64,000 nt of DNA. Source: an uncultured Oscillospiraceae bacterium (GTDB taxonomy: Bacteria; Bacillota; Clostridia; Oscillospirales; Oscillospiraceae). The notes under the pieces were generated by a model. It worked only from the letters and a program-made list of their open reading frames with translations. It searched no databases and was not told where the DNA came from. The position numbers were made by a program, and so were the translations under genes. This document shows positions 27,546 through 38,235 of this stretch, piece after piece. How positions within the stretch are numbered: position 1 is the stretch's first letter; every line of letters starts with the position of its first letter. The stretch lies in contig CANQHN010000008.1 of assembly GCA_947623745.1 (NCBI GenBank), forward strand, positions 1,387 through 65,386, given 5' to 3'.

Positions 27546-28929
27546 GAAAAAGATCACCCGCTGGGTGGAGGCGCTCAAAAGCGTACTGATCGTCCTGCTG
27601 GCTGTCAGCGCCGTCTACCTGGCCTACCGCACCCTGCTTATGAGCGGCCTGGAGGGCTTTTGGAGCGGGAGGAACCAGGGCGCCTCCGCGGAAGTGGGGG
27701 ACCAGGCCCAGTCCGAGACCGCTTGGCCGGTGCGCATCGCGGTCACCGGGTGGACGGAGAACAATACGGCCCGGTACGGCGTGCAGTACGACCGGGAGAC
27801 CTGCGACGAGCAGTTCCGCCAGGTGGCCAATCTGCTCCGGGAGGCCCTGGGCGGGCTGTGCGAGGCCCGGCAGGTGGACAGCTCGGAGTGGGAGCGGGCC
27901 CTCGGCGTGTCCGGCGGGGCGTACCCCGGCCAGGAGGCCGGCGGCGGGCAGCCCTATGCCAGTCTGTATTTCGACCTGCTGGGCAGCGTGCCCCTGTCGG
28001 TGCTGTCCGGCTGGCTGTCCGGGGAGGACAGCGCCCCGGATATCGCCGTGCGACGGCTGATCCTGGCCGCGGACGGGGAGGGGGCGGCGCTGTACTACCG
28101 CAACGAGGCCGACGGGGCCTGCTGGGCCTGCCGGACAGAGGTGGTCAGCGCCCAGCAGCTGTACGCCGCCGTCCAGAATGTCACCGACAACGGCGCCATC
28201 TTCGCCTTTGAGCAGGAGCAGTACGCCGGCCTGGCCGGGGACACCATGATCCTCACCAGCCAGCCCCAGCCCCGGATCTACTCCAGCGCCAACCCCCTGG
28301 GGCAGACGGAGGAGGGCGGCCGGAACAATCTTCTGCGGGAGCTGCTGACCGCCCTGTCCTTCCCGGACAGCAGCAGCATCTACCCCGGCACCGACCGGGA
28401 CCAGGTCATCCGCAGCGGAGGCGACACCCTGCGCATCTCCGCTGGGGGCGTGGTGAGCTATAAGTGTACCCAGGGGGAGAGCTCCCGTTATCAGGTGGCG
28501 TCCGAGGCCGCCCGCCCCACTCTGTATGAGGCGGCGGAGGCCTGCCGGGCCCTGGCCGACGGCACCGCCGGGGCGATGGCCGGCTCCGCCCGGCTGTACC
28601 TGCGCAGGGCCGTCCAGACCCAGACGGGCTGGGAGATCGAGTTCGGCTACTGCCTGGACGGCGCCGCCGTCCAGGTGGGGGACGAGGGCTACGCCGCCCG
28701 GTTCGTCGTGGAGGGGAGCGAGATTACGCAGTTTGTCCTCCAGCTGCGCACCTATGCCGACACCGGAGAGCGCTCCGCGGTCCTGCCCGAGGAGCAGGCC
28801 ATGGCCGCCATGGCCGCCATGGGGTGCGAGGGCGGCGAGCTGGAGCTGGCCTACCGGGACGTGGGAGCGGAGAGCGTCACCGCCGGGTGGGTGACCCCTC
28901 CCGCCGCAACTGCCCAGTCGAAGAATTAA
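27538..28929 (+). CDS. YycH-like two-component accessory protein
   Basis: N-terminal TM, position after the kinase. Confidence 0.55.
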   Translation: MDKKKITRWVEALKSVLIVLLAVSAVYLAYRTLLMSGLEGFWSGRNQGASAEVGDQAQSETAWPVRIAVTGWTENNTARYGVQYDRETCDEQFRQVANLLREALGGLCEARQVDSSEWERALGVSGGAYPGQEAGGGQPYASLYFDLLGSVPLSVLSGWLSGEDSAPDIAVRRLILAADGEGAALYYRNEADGACWACRTEVVSAQQLYAAVQNVTDNGAIFAFEQEQYAGLAGDTMILTSQPQPRIYSSANPLGQTEEGGRNNLLRELLTALSFPDSSSIYPGTDRDQVIRSGGDTLRISAGGVVSYKCTQGESSRYQVASEAARPTLYEAAEACRALADGTAGAMAGSARLYLRRAVQTQTGWEIEFGYCLDGAAVQVGDEGYAARFVVEGSEITQFVLQLRTYADTGERSAVLPEEQAMAAMAAMGCEGGELELAYRDVGAESVTAGWVTPPAATAQSKN

Positions 28930-28963
28930 AAACTACTGCCGGGCGAAAGGCGGGTGACGGCGC

Positions 28964-29800
28964 ATGGCCTGGCCCAAGCTGAAAAATATCATCATCCTCC
29001 TGCTGCTGGGGGTCAACCTGTGCCTGCTGGCCGTGCTGGCCGGGCGGGAGCTGAGCGCCAGCCGGATCGAGGGCCGGGCCCTGGCCGACGCGGTGGCCTA
29101 CCTCCGGGAGCAGGGCGTCCAGGTGGACGAGGGGCAGCTGCCTGACGCGGCGGCCCTCCAGCCGCAGAATGTCTCCCGGGATATCCAGCAGGAGCAGGCC
29201 CTGGCCGCCGCCCTGCTGGGGGGAGAGGTCTCCGCCCAGGCCCGGGGCGCCGGAGTTTACCGCTACTACAACAGCAGCGGCTCTGTCCAGTTCCACAGCA
29301 GCGGCGAGTTTTCCGCCCAGTTCTCCGACGGGGCCTTCCCCCTCGGGGAGCGGGAGCCCCAGGACCACGCCGGGGATATCCTGAGCCGGCTGGGGTTCCA
29401 GGGAGAGCTGATCGCCCGGCTGGGGGCCGACGGGGAGGAGTCCCAGTCCCTCACCTTCCGCCAGATCTGGCAGGGCATCCCGCTGCTCAACTGCCAGGCC
29501 ACCCTCAACTATGAGGGGGGCAGCCTGGTCAGCATCACCGCCGGCCGGCGCCTGTTCGGCCAGCCCCAGCCCGATGCGGCCCAGGCGCCCATCACCGCCG
29601 CCACCGCCCTGATGCGCTTTTATACCGGGCTCAACGCCCTGGGCGACGTGTGCAGCCAGGTGAACGCCGTCACACAGGCGTATACCGTCACCGCCACCCT
29701 GGCCGACCCCGCGCCGCTGACCCCCGTATGGTACATCGACACGGATACCGGGGCCTACCAGCTGGATATGCTGACCGGAGCGCTGAGCCGGGCACAGTGA
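28964..29800 (+). CDS. YycI-like two-component accessory protein
   Basis: W.KLKNIIILLLL.VNL N-terminus, L.PVWYI near C-terminus. Confidence 0.65.
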   Translation: MAWPKLKNIIILLLLGVNLCLLAVLAGRELSASRIEGRALADAVAYLREQGVQVDEGQLPDAAALQPQNVSRDIQQEQALAAALLGGEVSAQARGAGVYRYYNSSGSVQFHSSGEFSAQFSDGAFPLGEREPQDHAGDILSRLGFQGELIARLGADGEESQSLTFRQIWQGIPLLNCQATLNYEGGSLVSITAGRRLFGQPQPDAAQAPITAATALMRFYTGLNALGDVCSQVNAVTQAYTVTATLADPAPLTPVWYIDTDTGAYQLDMLTGALSRAQ

Positions 29801-29942
29801 GAGCCTACGTGAGAGATATCGCGCCCTTTGCCCCTTCGGGCCGGGACAGAACGGTCCGGAGGGGCGCGCCGCGCCGCGCGGAGAGCGACCAAAAAATCGG
29901 ATGGCCCGTCTGCGGCAGGGCGGAAATGAGGAGTACAGTTCT

Positions 29943-30785
29943 ATGCACAGCAAAACAAGCCCCATCGGCATCATCGACTCCGGGATCGGCGGGTACAGCG
30001 TGACCCGCCGGGTCCAGTCCATCCTGCCCCATGAGGATCTGCTCTACCTGGGGGACGGGGCCAACAACCCCTACGGCAACCACACCGAGCAGGACATCCT
30101 CACCATGACCCGCTATATGCTGCGCTTCATGGAGGAGAAGCAGGTCAAGATCCTCCTGGTGGCCTGCAATACCATCTCCTGCCTGATCCGGCAGTACGAG
30201 GGCGACATGAGCTGCCCCGTGCTCAGCGTGGTCCAGGCCGGCGCCGACGCGGTGCGGGAGGAGGACTTCCACCGGGTGGGGGTCATCTCCACCGTCTTTA
30301 CTGCCCGCCACGGCAGTTACCCCAGGACCATGGCCCAGACGGTCCCGGAGGTGGAGGTGGTCAGCCACGGCTGCAAGAACCTGGCCAGCATGGTGGAGCG
30401 CCACGCCTGGGACCCGGACGTGACCCCCATCATCGACGCGGAGCTGAAAAAGGAGTTCAACACCCTGCTGTCCCAGAATGTGGAGGCCTGTGTGCTGGGC
30501 TGCACCCACTTTCCTCTGGTGGAGGAGAACATCCGCCGCCTGTTCCCCGACCTGTACCTGATCGACCCCGCCCTGAAGATGGCCCAGGCCGCCCGCGGCT
30601 ACCTGGAGGAGAACGGCCTGCTCAACGACTCCAACCGGCCCGGCCGGCTGGACATCTACACCACCAGCAGCGTGGAGGAGTACACCGTCCGGGCCGCCCG
30701 GATGGGGCTCCGGCCCGTCTCGTCGGTGCAGTTCTACCCCCCCATGCGGCTGGAGACGGTCCCCGCCCGGCCGAACGGGAGCTGA
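29943..30785 (+). CDS. murI: Glutamate racemase
   Basis: DSGIGG, PYG, VACNT, LGCTHF. Confidence 0.9.
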   Translation: MHSKTSPIGIIDSGIGGYSVTRRVQSILPHEDLLYLGDGANNPYGNHTEQDILTMTRYMLRFMEEKQVKILLVACNTISCLIRQYEGDMSCPVLSVVQAGADAVREEDFHRVGVISTVFTARHGSYPRTMAQTVPEVEVVSHGCKNLASMVERHAWDPDVTPIIDAELKKEFNTLLSQNVEACVLGCTHFPLVEENIRRLFPDLYLIDPALKMAQAARGYLEENGLLNDSNRPGRLDIYTTSSVEEYTVRAARMGLRPVSSVQFYPPMRLETVPARPNGS

Positions 30786-30845
30786 AAACAGAACAAAACA
30801 GACCGCCCCCGGAAAACGGGGGCGGTCCGTTCGTTTTGAGAGGTC

Positions 30846-31910
30846 TTACAGCTTGGTGATCCAATTGTGGGGATCGGCCACCCGGCCCCACTGGATGCCG
30901 GTGAGCTCGTCGTAGAGCTTCTGGGTGACGGGGCCGATCTTGTTGCCGCTGACGGTGACTTCCTCGCCGGTGCGGGCCAGCTCGCCGATGGGGGAGACCA
31001 CGGCGGCGGTGCCGGTGCCCCAGGCCTCCTCCAGAGCTCCGCTCTCGGCGGCGGCGAACAGCTCGTCCACGTCGATGCGGCGCTCCTCCACCTCGTAGCC
31101 CCAGTCCTTCAGCAGCTGGATGCAGGAGCGGCGGGTGATGCCGGGCAGCACGGAGCCGTTCAGGTCGGGGGTGACGATCTTGCCGTTGATCTTGAACATG
31201 ACGTTCATGGAGCCCACTTCCTCAATGTAGCGGTTGTGGACGCCGTCCAGCCAGAGGACCTGGGTGAAGCCGGCCTTCTCGGCCCGGTCGCTGGCGCGGA
31301 CGGAGGCGGCGTAGTTGCCGCCGGTCTTGGCCATGCCGGTGCCGCCCTTGACGGCGCGCACGTCCTCGGACTCCACGAAGATCTTCACGGGATTGAGGCC
31401 CTCGGGGTAGTAGGCGCCCACGGGGCAGACGATGACGATATACTGCACGTGCTTGGAGCTGTGCACGCCCAGAGCGGCGTCCAGGCCGATCATGAACGGG
31501 CGGATATACAGGGAGGTGTCCTTCTCATAGGGGACCCAGTCCTGCTCCAGCTTGACCAGCTCCACGATGCCGGCGGTGGCCAGGTCCTCGGGGATCTTGG
31601 GCAGGGCCATGCGCTCGGCGGAGTTGTTCAGGCGCTCGATGTTGTCCTTGATGCGGAAGAGCTGGATGGAGCCGTCGGCGGTGCGGTAGGCCTTCAGGCC
31701 CTCGAAGATCTCCTCGGCGTAGTGGAGCACCTTGGCGGCGGGGTCGATCTGCAGGGGGCCGTAGGGGACGATGCGGGGGTCGTGCCAGCCCTGGCCCTGG
31801 TCGTAGTCAACGATAAACATGTGGTCGGTCATGTTCTTGCCGAATACCAGCTTGGAGGAGTCGGGTTTCTCCTTCAGGGTGGCGGCGCGGGTGATTTTGA
31901 TTTCTTCCAT
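30846..31910 (-). CDS. ilvE: Branched-chain amino acid aminotransferase
   Basis: LHYAEEIFEGLKAY, AKTGGNY, EEVGSMN, GTGTAAVVSP. Confidence 0.95.
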   Translation of the reverse strand: MEEIKITRAATLKEKPDSSKLVFGKNMTDHMFIVDYDQGQGWHDPRIVPYGPLQIDPAAKVLHYAEEIFEGLKAYRTADGSIQLFRIKDNIERLNNSAERMALPKIPEDLATAGIVELVKLEQDWVPYEKDTSLYIRPFMIGLDAALGVHSSKHVQYIVIVCPVGAYYPEGLNPVKIFVESEDVRAVKGGTGMAKTGGNYAASVRASDRAEKAGFTQVLWLDGVHNRYIEEVGSMNVMFKINGKIVTPDLNGSVLPGITRRSCIQLLKDWGYEVEERRIDVDELFAAAESGALEEAWGTGTAAVVSPIGELARTGEEVTVSGNKIGPVTQKLYDELTGIQWGRVADPHNWITKL

Positions 31911-32219
31911 GGCGGATTCCTCCTGTTCCTGTTCCTAACGGTTTCGGTATGATTTACCGCGCGAATAAACCGCAAGCGGTTTGTTCAGTACCCTTTATTA
32001 TAGCAGTGTAAAACAGCGGACGCAACGGGTCAGAGGCAGTTTTTTTCCGATTTCCGGCAAAAAAGCGGGCCGGACGGGCGGCAAGGGAAAAAATCCGGGG
32101 CTGCGGCTCTCCCGCTATTGTGTTTCCCGCCGGAGTTTGCTATAATAATTGACTAAAGTGGGTATTTATCGCCCCGGTTCCCGGGGCATCCAGGAGAACG
32201 TCAAGGGGGGCTGTGTCCC

Positions 32220-34211
32220 ATGAAGAAAAAGAAACCTGCTCTGCTCTCCCAGCCCGGTTTTCACCTGTATTTCCTCTGCCTGATCCTCTTCACCGCGGCG
32301 ACCGCCGTGTTCAGCATCCCCGTGGCGGCGGTGGAGGCGGTGTGCGTGGTGGTGCTGGCCCTCTACCACCGGGAGAACAGCCGCCGGCGCCAGCGCGAGG
32401 TGGACAAGTTCATCGAGAATATGGCCGGCAGTATGGACGTGGCCGCCAAGGACACCATGGTAAACGCCCCGCTGCCCATGGTCATCTTCCGCCCGGAGAG
32501 CGGCGAGATCGTCTGGACCAACGACCGCTTCCTCAAGCTCACCGGCCAGACCGAGATGCTCTTCGACGGCAAGCTGTCCGCCGTGGCCCCCGGCTTCGAC
32601 TCCCGCTGGCTGATGGAGGGCAAGACCGAGTGCCCCGGCGAGGTGGAGTACGGCGGCCGCCGGTTCCTGGTCTTTGGCCACCTGGTGCGCACCGGGGAGA
32701 AGAAGGGCGGGTTCCTGGCCACCACCTACTGGGTGGACATCACCGAGCTGAGCAGGGTCCGGGAGCAGTATCGGCAGACCCGGCCGGTGACCGCGGTGCT
32801 GCTGATCGACAACTACGACGACCTGATGAAAAACCTCTCGGACAACGAGCAGTCTATCATCCTGGCCGAGATCGACAAGCAGCTGGACGCCTGGGTGGCC
32901 GGCACGGGCTGCCTGCTGCGCCGCTACCAGCGCGGGCGCTACCTGCTGATCTTTGAGGAGCGCTACCTCCAGGGCTTTGTGGAGAAGAAGTTCGACGTGC
33001 TGGACGCGGTGCGCCGGATCAAGAGCCCCAGCGGCATCACCGCCTCTCTGTCCATCGGCATCGGCAAGGACGGCGAGTCCTTCCAGGAGCTGCTGCAGTT
33101 CGCCAACCTGTCGGTGGATATGGCCCTGTCCCGGGGCGGCGACCAGGCCGTGGTGCGCAACAAGTTCACCTTTGAGTTCTACGGCGGCCGGGCCAGCGAG
33201 ACGGAGAAGCGCACCAAGGTGAAGAGCCGGGTCATGGCCAACGCCCTGTCCTCCCTGCTCTCCGACTCCTCCCACATCTTCATCATGGGCCACAAGTTCC
33301 CGGACATGGACGCCACCGGCGCCGCGGTGGGCATCTGCGCCGCCGCCCGGAAGCGGGGCGTCCCCGCCCACATCATCAAGGAGGCGTCCTCCGGCAACCC
33401 CTCCAAGCCCATCATCGACAAGCTGCTCCAGTACCCGGAGTACAGGGACGCCTTCCTCTCCCCCCAGGACGCCCTGCTGGCCATGGACAACCGCTCCCTG
33501 GTGGTGGTGGTGGACACCAACCGCCCCGAGCAGGTCCAGGCCAGGGAGGTGCTGGAGTCCTGCAACCGGGTGGCCGTCATTGACCACCACCGCCGGGCCG
33601 CCACCTATATCGACGCCGCCGCCCTCAACTACCACGAGCCCTATGCCTCCTCCGCCTCCGAGCTGGTGACTGAGCTGCTGCAGTACATCATGGAGCCGGC
33701 CGACCTGATGCGCATCGAGGCCGAGGCCCTGCTGGCCGGCATCGTGCTGGACACCAAGAACTTCACCATGCGCACCGGCGCACGCACCTTTGAGGCCGCC
33801 TCCTTCCTGCGCCGCTCCGGGGCGGACACCGCCGAGGTCAAGCGCCTGTTTCAGAACGACCTGGCCGGCACCATCGCCAAGTACGACATCATCCAGAACG
33901 CCCGGCTCTACCACGAGCACATCGCCGTGGCCGCCGTGGACCACACGGTGGGCCGGGTCACCGCCGCCCAGGCCGCCGACGAGCTGCTCAACATCATGGG
34001 CATCCACACCTCCTTTGTCCTCTTCCCCGACGGGGACCGCATCATCATCTCCGGCCGCTCCATGGGGGAGACCAACGTGCAGGTCATCCTGGAGAAGCTG
34101 GGCGGCGGGGGCAACGCCGCCACCGCCGGGGCCCAGGTGCCCAATATGACCTTGAGCCAGGCCAACATCGCCCTGGCCCAGGCCATCGACCAGTACCTGG
34201 CGGAGGAATGA
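32220..34211 (+). CDS. gdpP: c-di-AMP phosphodiesterase GdpP (DHH family)
   Basis: 2 TM, degenerate GGDEF (SRGGDQ), DHH (VIDHHRR), DHHA1 GGGG; upstream of rplI-dnaB. Confidence 0.9.
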   Translation: MKKKKPALLSQPGFHLYFLCLILFTAATAVFSIPVAAVEAVCVVVLALYHRENSRRRQREVDKFIENMAGSMDVAAKDTMVNAPLPMVIFRPESGEIVWTNDRFLKLTGQTEMLFDGKLSAVAPGFDSRWLMEGKTECPGEVEYGGRRFLVFGHLVRTGEKKGGFLATTYWVDITELSRVREQYRQTRPVTAVLLIDNYDDLMKNLSDNEQSIILAEIDKQLDAWVAGTGCLLRRYQRGRYLLIFEERYLQGFVEKKFDVLDAVRRIKSPSGITASLSIGIGKDGESFQELLQFANLSVDMALSRGGDQAVVRNKFTFEFYGGRASETEKRTKVKSRVMANALSSLLSDSSHIFIMGHKFPDMDATGAAVGICAAARKRGVPAHIIKEASSGNPSKPIIDKLLQYPEYRDAFLSPQDALLAMDNRSLVVVVDTNRPEQVQAREVLESCNRVAVIDHHRRAATYIDAAALNYHEPYASSASELVTELLQYIMEPADLMRIEAEALLAGIVLDTKNFTMRTGARTFEAASFLRRSGADTAEVKRLFQNDLAGTIAKYDIIQNARLYHEHIAVAAVDHTVGRVTAAQAADELLNIMGIHTSFVLFPDGDRIIISGRSMGETNVQVILEKLGGGGNAATAGAQVPNMTLSQANIALAQAIDQYLAEE

Positions 34212-34280
34212 ATCCGACCGAAGGCGGCGGAGGGCCGCCGGACCACATTTTGAAATCCACTGAGAAAGGACGAACAGACG

Positions 34281-34730
34281 ATGAAAGTGATCTTACAGCA
34301 GGACGTGAAGGGCCAGGGCAAGAAGGGCCAACTGGTGGACGTGTCCGACGGGTACGCCCGCAACTTCCTCCTCCCCCGCAAGCTGGCAGTCCTGGCCAGC
34401 GCCGAGAACCTGAACACCATGAAGCTCCAGGACAAGGCCAAGAAGGCCCGGGAGGCCGCCGAGAAGGCCCAGGCCGAGGAGACCGCCAAAAAGCTGGAGG
34501 GCATTCTGATCAAGGTGCCCGCCCGGGCGGGGGAGGGCGGCAAGCTGTTCGGCGCCGTCACCACCAAGGAGATCTCCGACGCCCTCGCCGGCCAGCACGG
34601 AATCGACGTGGCCAAGACCAAGATCGTCCTGGACGAGCCCATCAAGGCCTGCGGCTCCTACCAGCTCAAGTGCAAGCTGGGCTATGAGGTCACGGGCACC
34701 CTGAACGTGCTGGTGGTGGAGGCGAAGTAA
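34281..34730 (+). CDS. rplI: 50S ribosomal protein L9
   Basis: MKVILQQDVKGQGKKGQLVDVSDGYARNFL. Confidence 0.97.
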   Translation: MKVILQQDVKGQGKKGQLVDVSDGYARNFLLPRKLAVLASAENLNTMKLQDKAKKAREAAEKAQAEETAKKLEGILIKVPARAGEGGKLFGAVTTKEISDALAGQHGIDVAKTKIVLDEPIKACGSYQLKCKLGYEVTGTLNVLVVEAK

Positions 34731-34766
34731 TCCGCCCCACCCTGATTTCCATCAAGGAGGTGCCCC

Positions 34767-36122
34767 ATGCCGCCGGAAGACGAAGAATTACTGCTCAAAC
34801 AGCTCCCCCACTCCATCGAGGCCGAGCAGGCCGTGCTGGGGTCCATCCTCATCGACCCCCGGTGTCTGCCGGAGGTCATCGAGCTGCTGCGCCCCGAGGA
34901 CTTCTACCTGCGCCAGAACCGGGAGATCTACGAGACAGTCTACTCCATGTTCAACTACTCCATGACCATCGACCCGGTCACGGTGCTGGACAACATGCGC
35001 CAAAACGGGGTGTACGACGAGAACACCTCCCGGGGCTACCTGCTCCAGCTCATGGACACCACCCCCACCGCCGCCAATGTCAAGGAGTACATCGGCATTA
35101 TGAAGGACAAGGCCCTGCTGCGCAGCATCGCCCAGGCGGCGGGAGAGCTGTCCAGCATGGCCCGGGACGGGACGGATACCGGCCAGGACGTGCTGGAGGC
35201 GGCGGAGCAGCGCATCTACGCCATCCGCCAGGGCCGGGCCAACCGGGGCCTCACCCCCATCTCCACCGTGCTTCTGGACGTGTACGACCGGCTCAACGAG
35301 CTGGCCGCCAGCGACAGCGCGGTGCCCGGCCTGTCCACCGGCCTGGCCGACCTGGACCGGGCCATCGCGGGGCTGAACAAGTCGGACCTCATCCTGCTGG
35401 CCGCCCGGCCGGGCATGGGCAAGACCTCTATGGCCTTGAACATCCTGCTCCACGCCGGAAAGTTCTCCGGCAGGAGCGTGGCCTTCTTCTCCCTGGAGAT
35501 GAGCCGGGAGCAGCTGGCCCTGCGTCTCATTTCCAACGAGTCCTTCGTGGACCTGAAAAAGCTCATCACCGGCAAGCTCAATGAGGACGACTGGGAGAAG
35601 GTGGCCGCCGCCGCCGACGCCCTCAACCGCACCCGCATCCTCATCGACGACGACTCCACCGTCACCGTGGCGGACATCAACGCCAAGTGCCGCCGGGTGG
35701 AGGACCTGGGGCTGGTGGTCATCGACTACCTCCAGCTGATGCAGTCCGCCGGCGGGCGGCAGTACGCCGGGGAGAACCGCCAGCAGGTGGTGTCCGATAT
35801 CTCCCGGGCGCTGAAGATCATGGCCAAGGAGCTCAATGTGCCGGTGCTGTGCCTGTCCCAGCTTTCCCGGGCCAACGAGGCCCGCACCAACAAGCGCCCC
35901 ATGCTCTCCGATCTGCGGGAGTCCGGGGCCATCGAGCAGGACGCGGATATCGTTTTGTTCCTCTACCGGGAGGACTACTACGACAAGGAGAGCGAGAACC
36001 ACAACCTGGCCGAGTGCATCATCGCCAAGAACCGCCACGGCGAGACCGGCACGGTGGAGCTGCAGTGGCTGCCCGAGTTCACCACCTTCTCCTCCATCGA
36101 GCGCCGGTACGAGGAGTATTAA
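34767..36122 (+). CDS. dnaB: Replicative DNA helicase
   Basis: PHSIEAEQAVLG, AARPGMGKT, IDYLQL, LRESGAIEQDAD. Confidence 0.97.
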   Translation: MPPEDEELLLKQLPHSIEAEQAVLGSILIDPRCLPEVIELLRPEDFYLRQNREIYETVYSMFNYSMTIDPVTVLDNMRQNGVYDENTSRGYLLQLMDTTPTAANVKEYIGIMKDKALLRSIAQAAGELSSMARDGTDTGQDVLEAAEQRIYAIRQGRANRGLTPISTVLLDVYDRLNELAASDSAVPGLSTGLADLDRAIAGLNKSDLILLAARPGMGKTSMALNILLHAGKFSGRSVAFFSLEMSREQLALRLISNESFVDLKKLITGKLNEDDWEKVAAAADALNRTRILIDDDSTVTVADINAKCRRVEDLGLVVIDYLQLMQSAGGRQYAGENRQQVVSDISRALKIMAKELNVPVLCLSQLSRANEARTNKRPMLSDLRESGAIEQDADIVLFLYREDYYDKESENHNLAECIIAKNRHGETGTVELQWLPEFTTFSSIERRYEEY

Positions 36123-36149
36123 ACTGTCGTTAGATTCCGGAGAGTTTCC

Positions 36150-37553
36150 ATGCTGGACAACATGATCCAACTGATCGAGGACTTTGATATGATCCCCCCC
36201 GGCTCCACGGTGCTGTGTGCCGTGTCCGGCGGGGCGGACTCCGTCTATCTGCTGCACCGGCTGCACCTTCTGCGGCTGGGGCGGCCTTTCACCCTGTACG
36301 CCGCCCACTACAACCACAATCTGCGGGGGGCGGAGTCCGACCGGGACGAGCAGTTCGTCCGGGACTTTGTCCGGGGCTGGTGCGGACAGGAGCGGGTGGG
36401 CAGGACAGACGGCGGCGAGGACCTGTACCCCCCGGTGGAGCTCATCGTGGGCTCCGGCGACGTGGCGGGGGAGGCCCGGCGGCGCCGGCTTGGGTTGGAG
36501 GAGACCGCCCGGGAGATGCGCTACGCCTTCCTCCGGGAGACGGCGGAAAGGGTGGGGGCCGACCGGATCGCCACCGCCCACAACGCCGACGACAATGCCG
36601 AGACCCAGCTGCTGCACCTGCTGCGGGGCAGCGGCCTGCGGGGCCTGGGGGGCATCGCCCCCAGGCGGGGGGAGCTGATCCGCCCCCTGCTCACCACCAC
36701 CAGGGCGGAGATCGAGGAGTATCTGCGCCTGTACAGCATCCCCCACGTGGAGGACAGCTCCAACGCGGAGGACGGATTCCTGCGCAACCGCCTGCGCCAT
36801 CAAGTCCTTCCCCTGCTGGAGAAGCTGGCCCCCGGTTTTACCGGGAGGAGCCGGGAGAGCATCGCCCGCCTGCGCGCCGACGAGGACTATCTCACCGCCC
36901 AGGCGGAGGATATCGCCGCCCAGGCGGCGGGGGACAGCGGCGGGCTGCGCATCCCGGCCGCCGCCGTGGCCAAAGCTCCAGATTCTCTAGCCGCCCGCGC
37001 GGTGCGCTGCCTCATCGGGCGGCTCAACGGCGGGGACCAGGACTGCGCCGCTGTCCACCTGGAGACGGTGGTCCGGATCTGCCGGGGGAGCGACCCCTCG
37101 GCCCAGGTCAGCCTGCCCTACGGCCTCACCGCCCGCCGGGAGTACGAGGCCCTGGTGCTGACCCGCCGGGCGGCCCCGGCGCCCCTCCCCGAGACGGTGC
37201 TGACCCTGCCGGGGGAGACGGCGGCGGGGGAGTGGCACATCCTGTGCGAGAACGAAGTTTATCAGGGACAGCGCCAGGGGACCTTCGAGTTCTGGCTGGC
37301 CCAGGCTGGCCCCCTGCTGGTCCGGCCCCGCCGGACGGGGGACGCCCTGCGGCGGCCCGGGCGGCCTCTGCGCACCCTGAAAAAGCTGATGATCGACGAA
37401 AAGATCCCCCGCTGGCAGCGGGATTCCCTGCCGGTGCTGGAGTGCGCCGGGCAGGTCGCCGCGGCAGCGGGGCTGGGCTCGGACGCCGCTTTCGCGGCGG
37501 AGCCGGGCGGCCCGGCCTGGCACGTCCGTATCCGGCCCGGGAGAATGACCTGA
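36150..37553 (+). CDS. tilS: tRNA(Ile)-lysidine synthetase
   Basis: SGGADS, ARxxRY, HNADDNAET, RNRLRH. Confidence 0.95.
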   Translation: MLDNMIQLIEDFDMIPPGSTVLCAVSGGADSVYLLHRLHLLRLGRPFTLYAAHYNHNLRGAESDRDEQFVRDFVRGWCGQERVGRTDGGEDLYPPVELIVGSGDVAGEARRRRLGLEETAREMRYAFLRETAERVGADRIATAHNADDNAETQLLHLLRGSGLRGLGGIAPRRGELIRPLLTTTRAEIEEYLRLYSIPHVEDSSNAEDGFLRNRLRHQVLPLLEKLAPGFTGRSRESIARLRADEDYLTAQAEDIAAQAAGDSGGLRIPAAAVAKAPDSLAARAVRCLIGRLNGGDQDCAAVHLETVVRICRGSDPSAQVSLPYGLTARREYEALVLTRRAAPAPLPETVLTLPGETAAGEWHILCENEVYQGQRQGTFEFWLAQAGPLLVRPRRTGDALRRPGRPLRTLKKLMIDEKIPRWQRDSLPVLECAGQVAAAAGLGSDAAFAAEPGGPAWHVRIRPGRMT

Positions 37554-37580
37554 CCAAGAGACAGAGAAAGGGAGATAACT

Positions 37581-38123
37581 ATGATGGAGAATGACATCCA
37601 AGAGGTACTGTTTTCCGAGGAACAGCTCAAAAACCGGGTGAACGAGATCGCCCGCCAGATCGAGCAGGACTACGCCGGCAAAGAGATCATGCTCATCAGC
37701 GTGCTGCGGGGCTCCTTCGTCTTTATGGCCGACCTGTGCCGGGCCATCCACCTGCCCTGCACCATCGACTTCATGTCGGTGTCCTCCTACGGCAAGGGCA
37801 CCAAGTCCAGCGGCCAGGTGCAGATCACCAAGGACTTGTCCGAGGACATCACCGGCCGGCACCTGATCGTGGTGGAGGACATCCTGGACTCGGGCAACAC
37901 CCTGAGCTACCTGCTGAGCATCCTCCAGCACCGCCACCCCGCCTCCGTGCGGCTGTGCACCCTGCTAGACAAGCCGGAGCGCCGGGTCAAGCCGGTGGAG
38001 GTCCACTACTCCGGGTTCACCATCCCGGACGCCTTTGTGGTGGGCTACGGCCTGGACTACGCGGAGAAATACCGCAATCTCCCGTACATCGGCATCCTGA
38101 AGCCCGAGGTGTACGGGGGCTGA
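37581..38123 (+). CDS. hpt: Hypoxanthine phosphoribosyltransferase
   Basis: IVVEDILDSGNTL, FVVGYGLDY. Confidence 0.97.
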   Translation: MMENDIQEVLFSEEQLKNRVNEIARQIEQDYAGKEIMLISVLRGSFVFMADLCRAIHLPCTIDFMSVSSYGKGTKSSGQVQITKDLSEDITGRHLIVVEDILDSGNTLSYLLSILQHRHPASVRLCTLLDKPERRVKPVEVHYSGFTIPDAFVVGYGLDYAEKYRNLPYIGILKPEVYGG

Positions 38124-38235
38124 CCCGGGGCACCGCGGGAGAGGAATTGCTCCGGCCCTCCCGCTGCGATGATTTTTGCGCCCCGTCTGTGCCATACTGA
38201 AAGAGAAGGGCCCCGGCCGGGCCCCGGAAAAGGAA

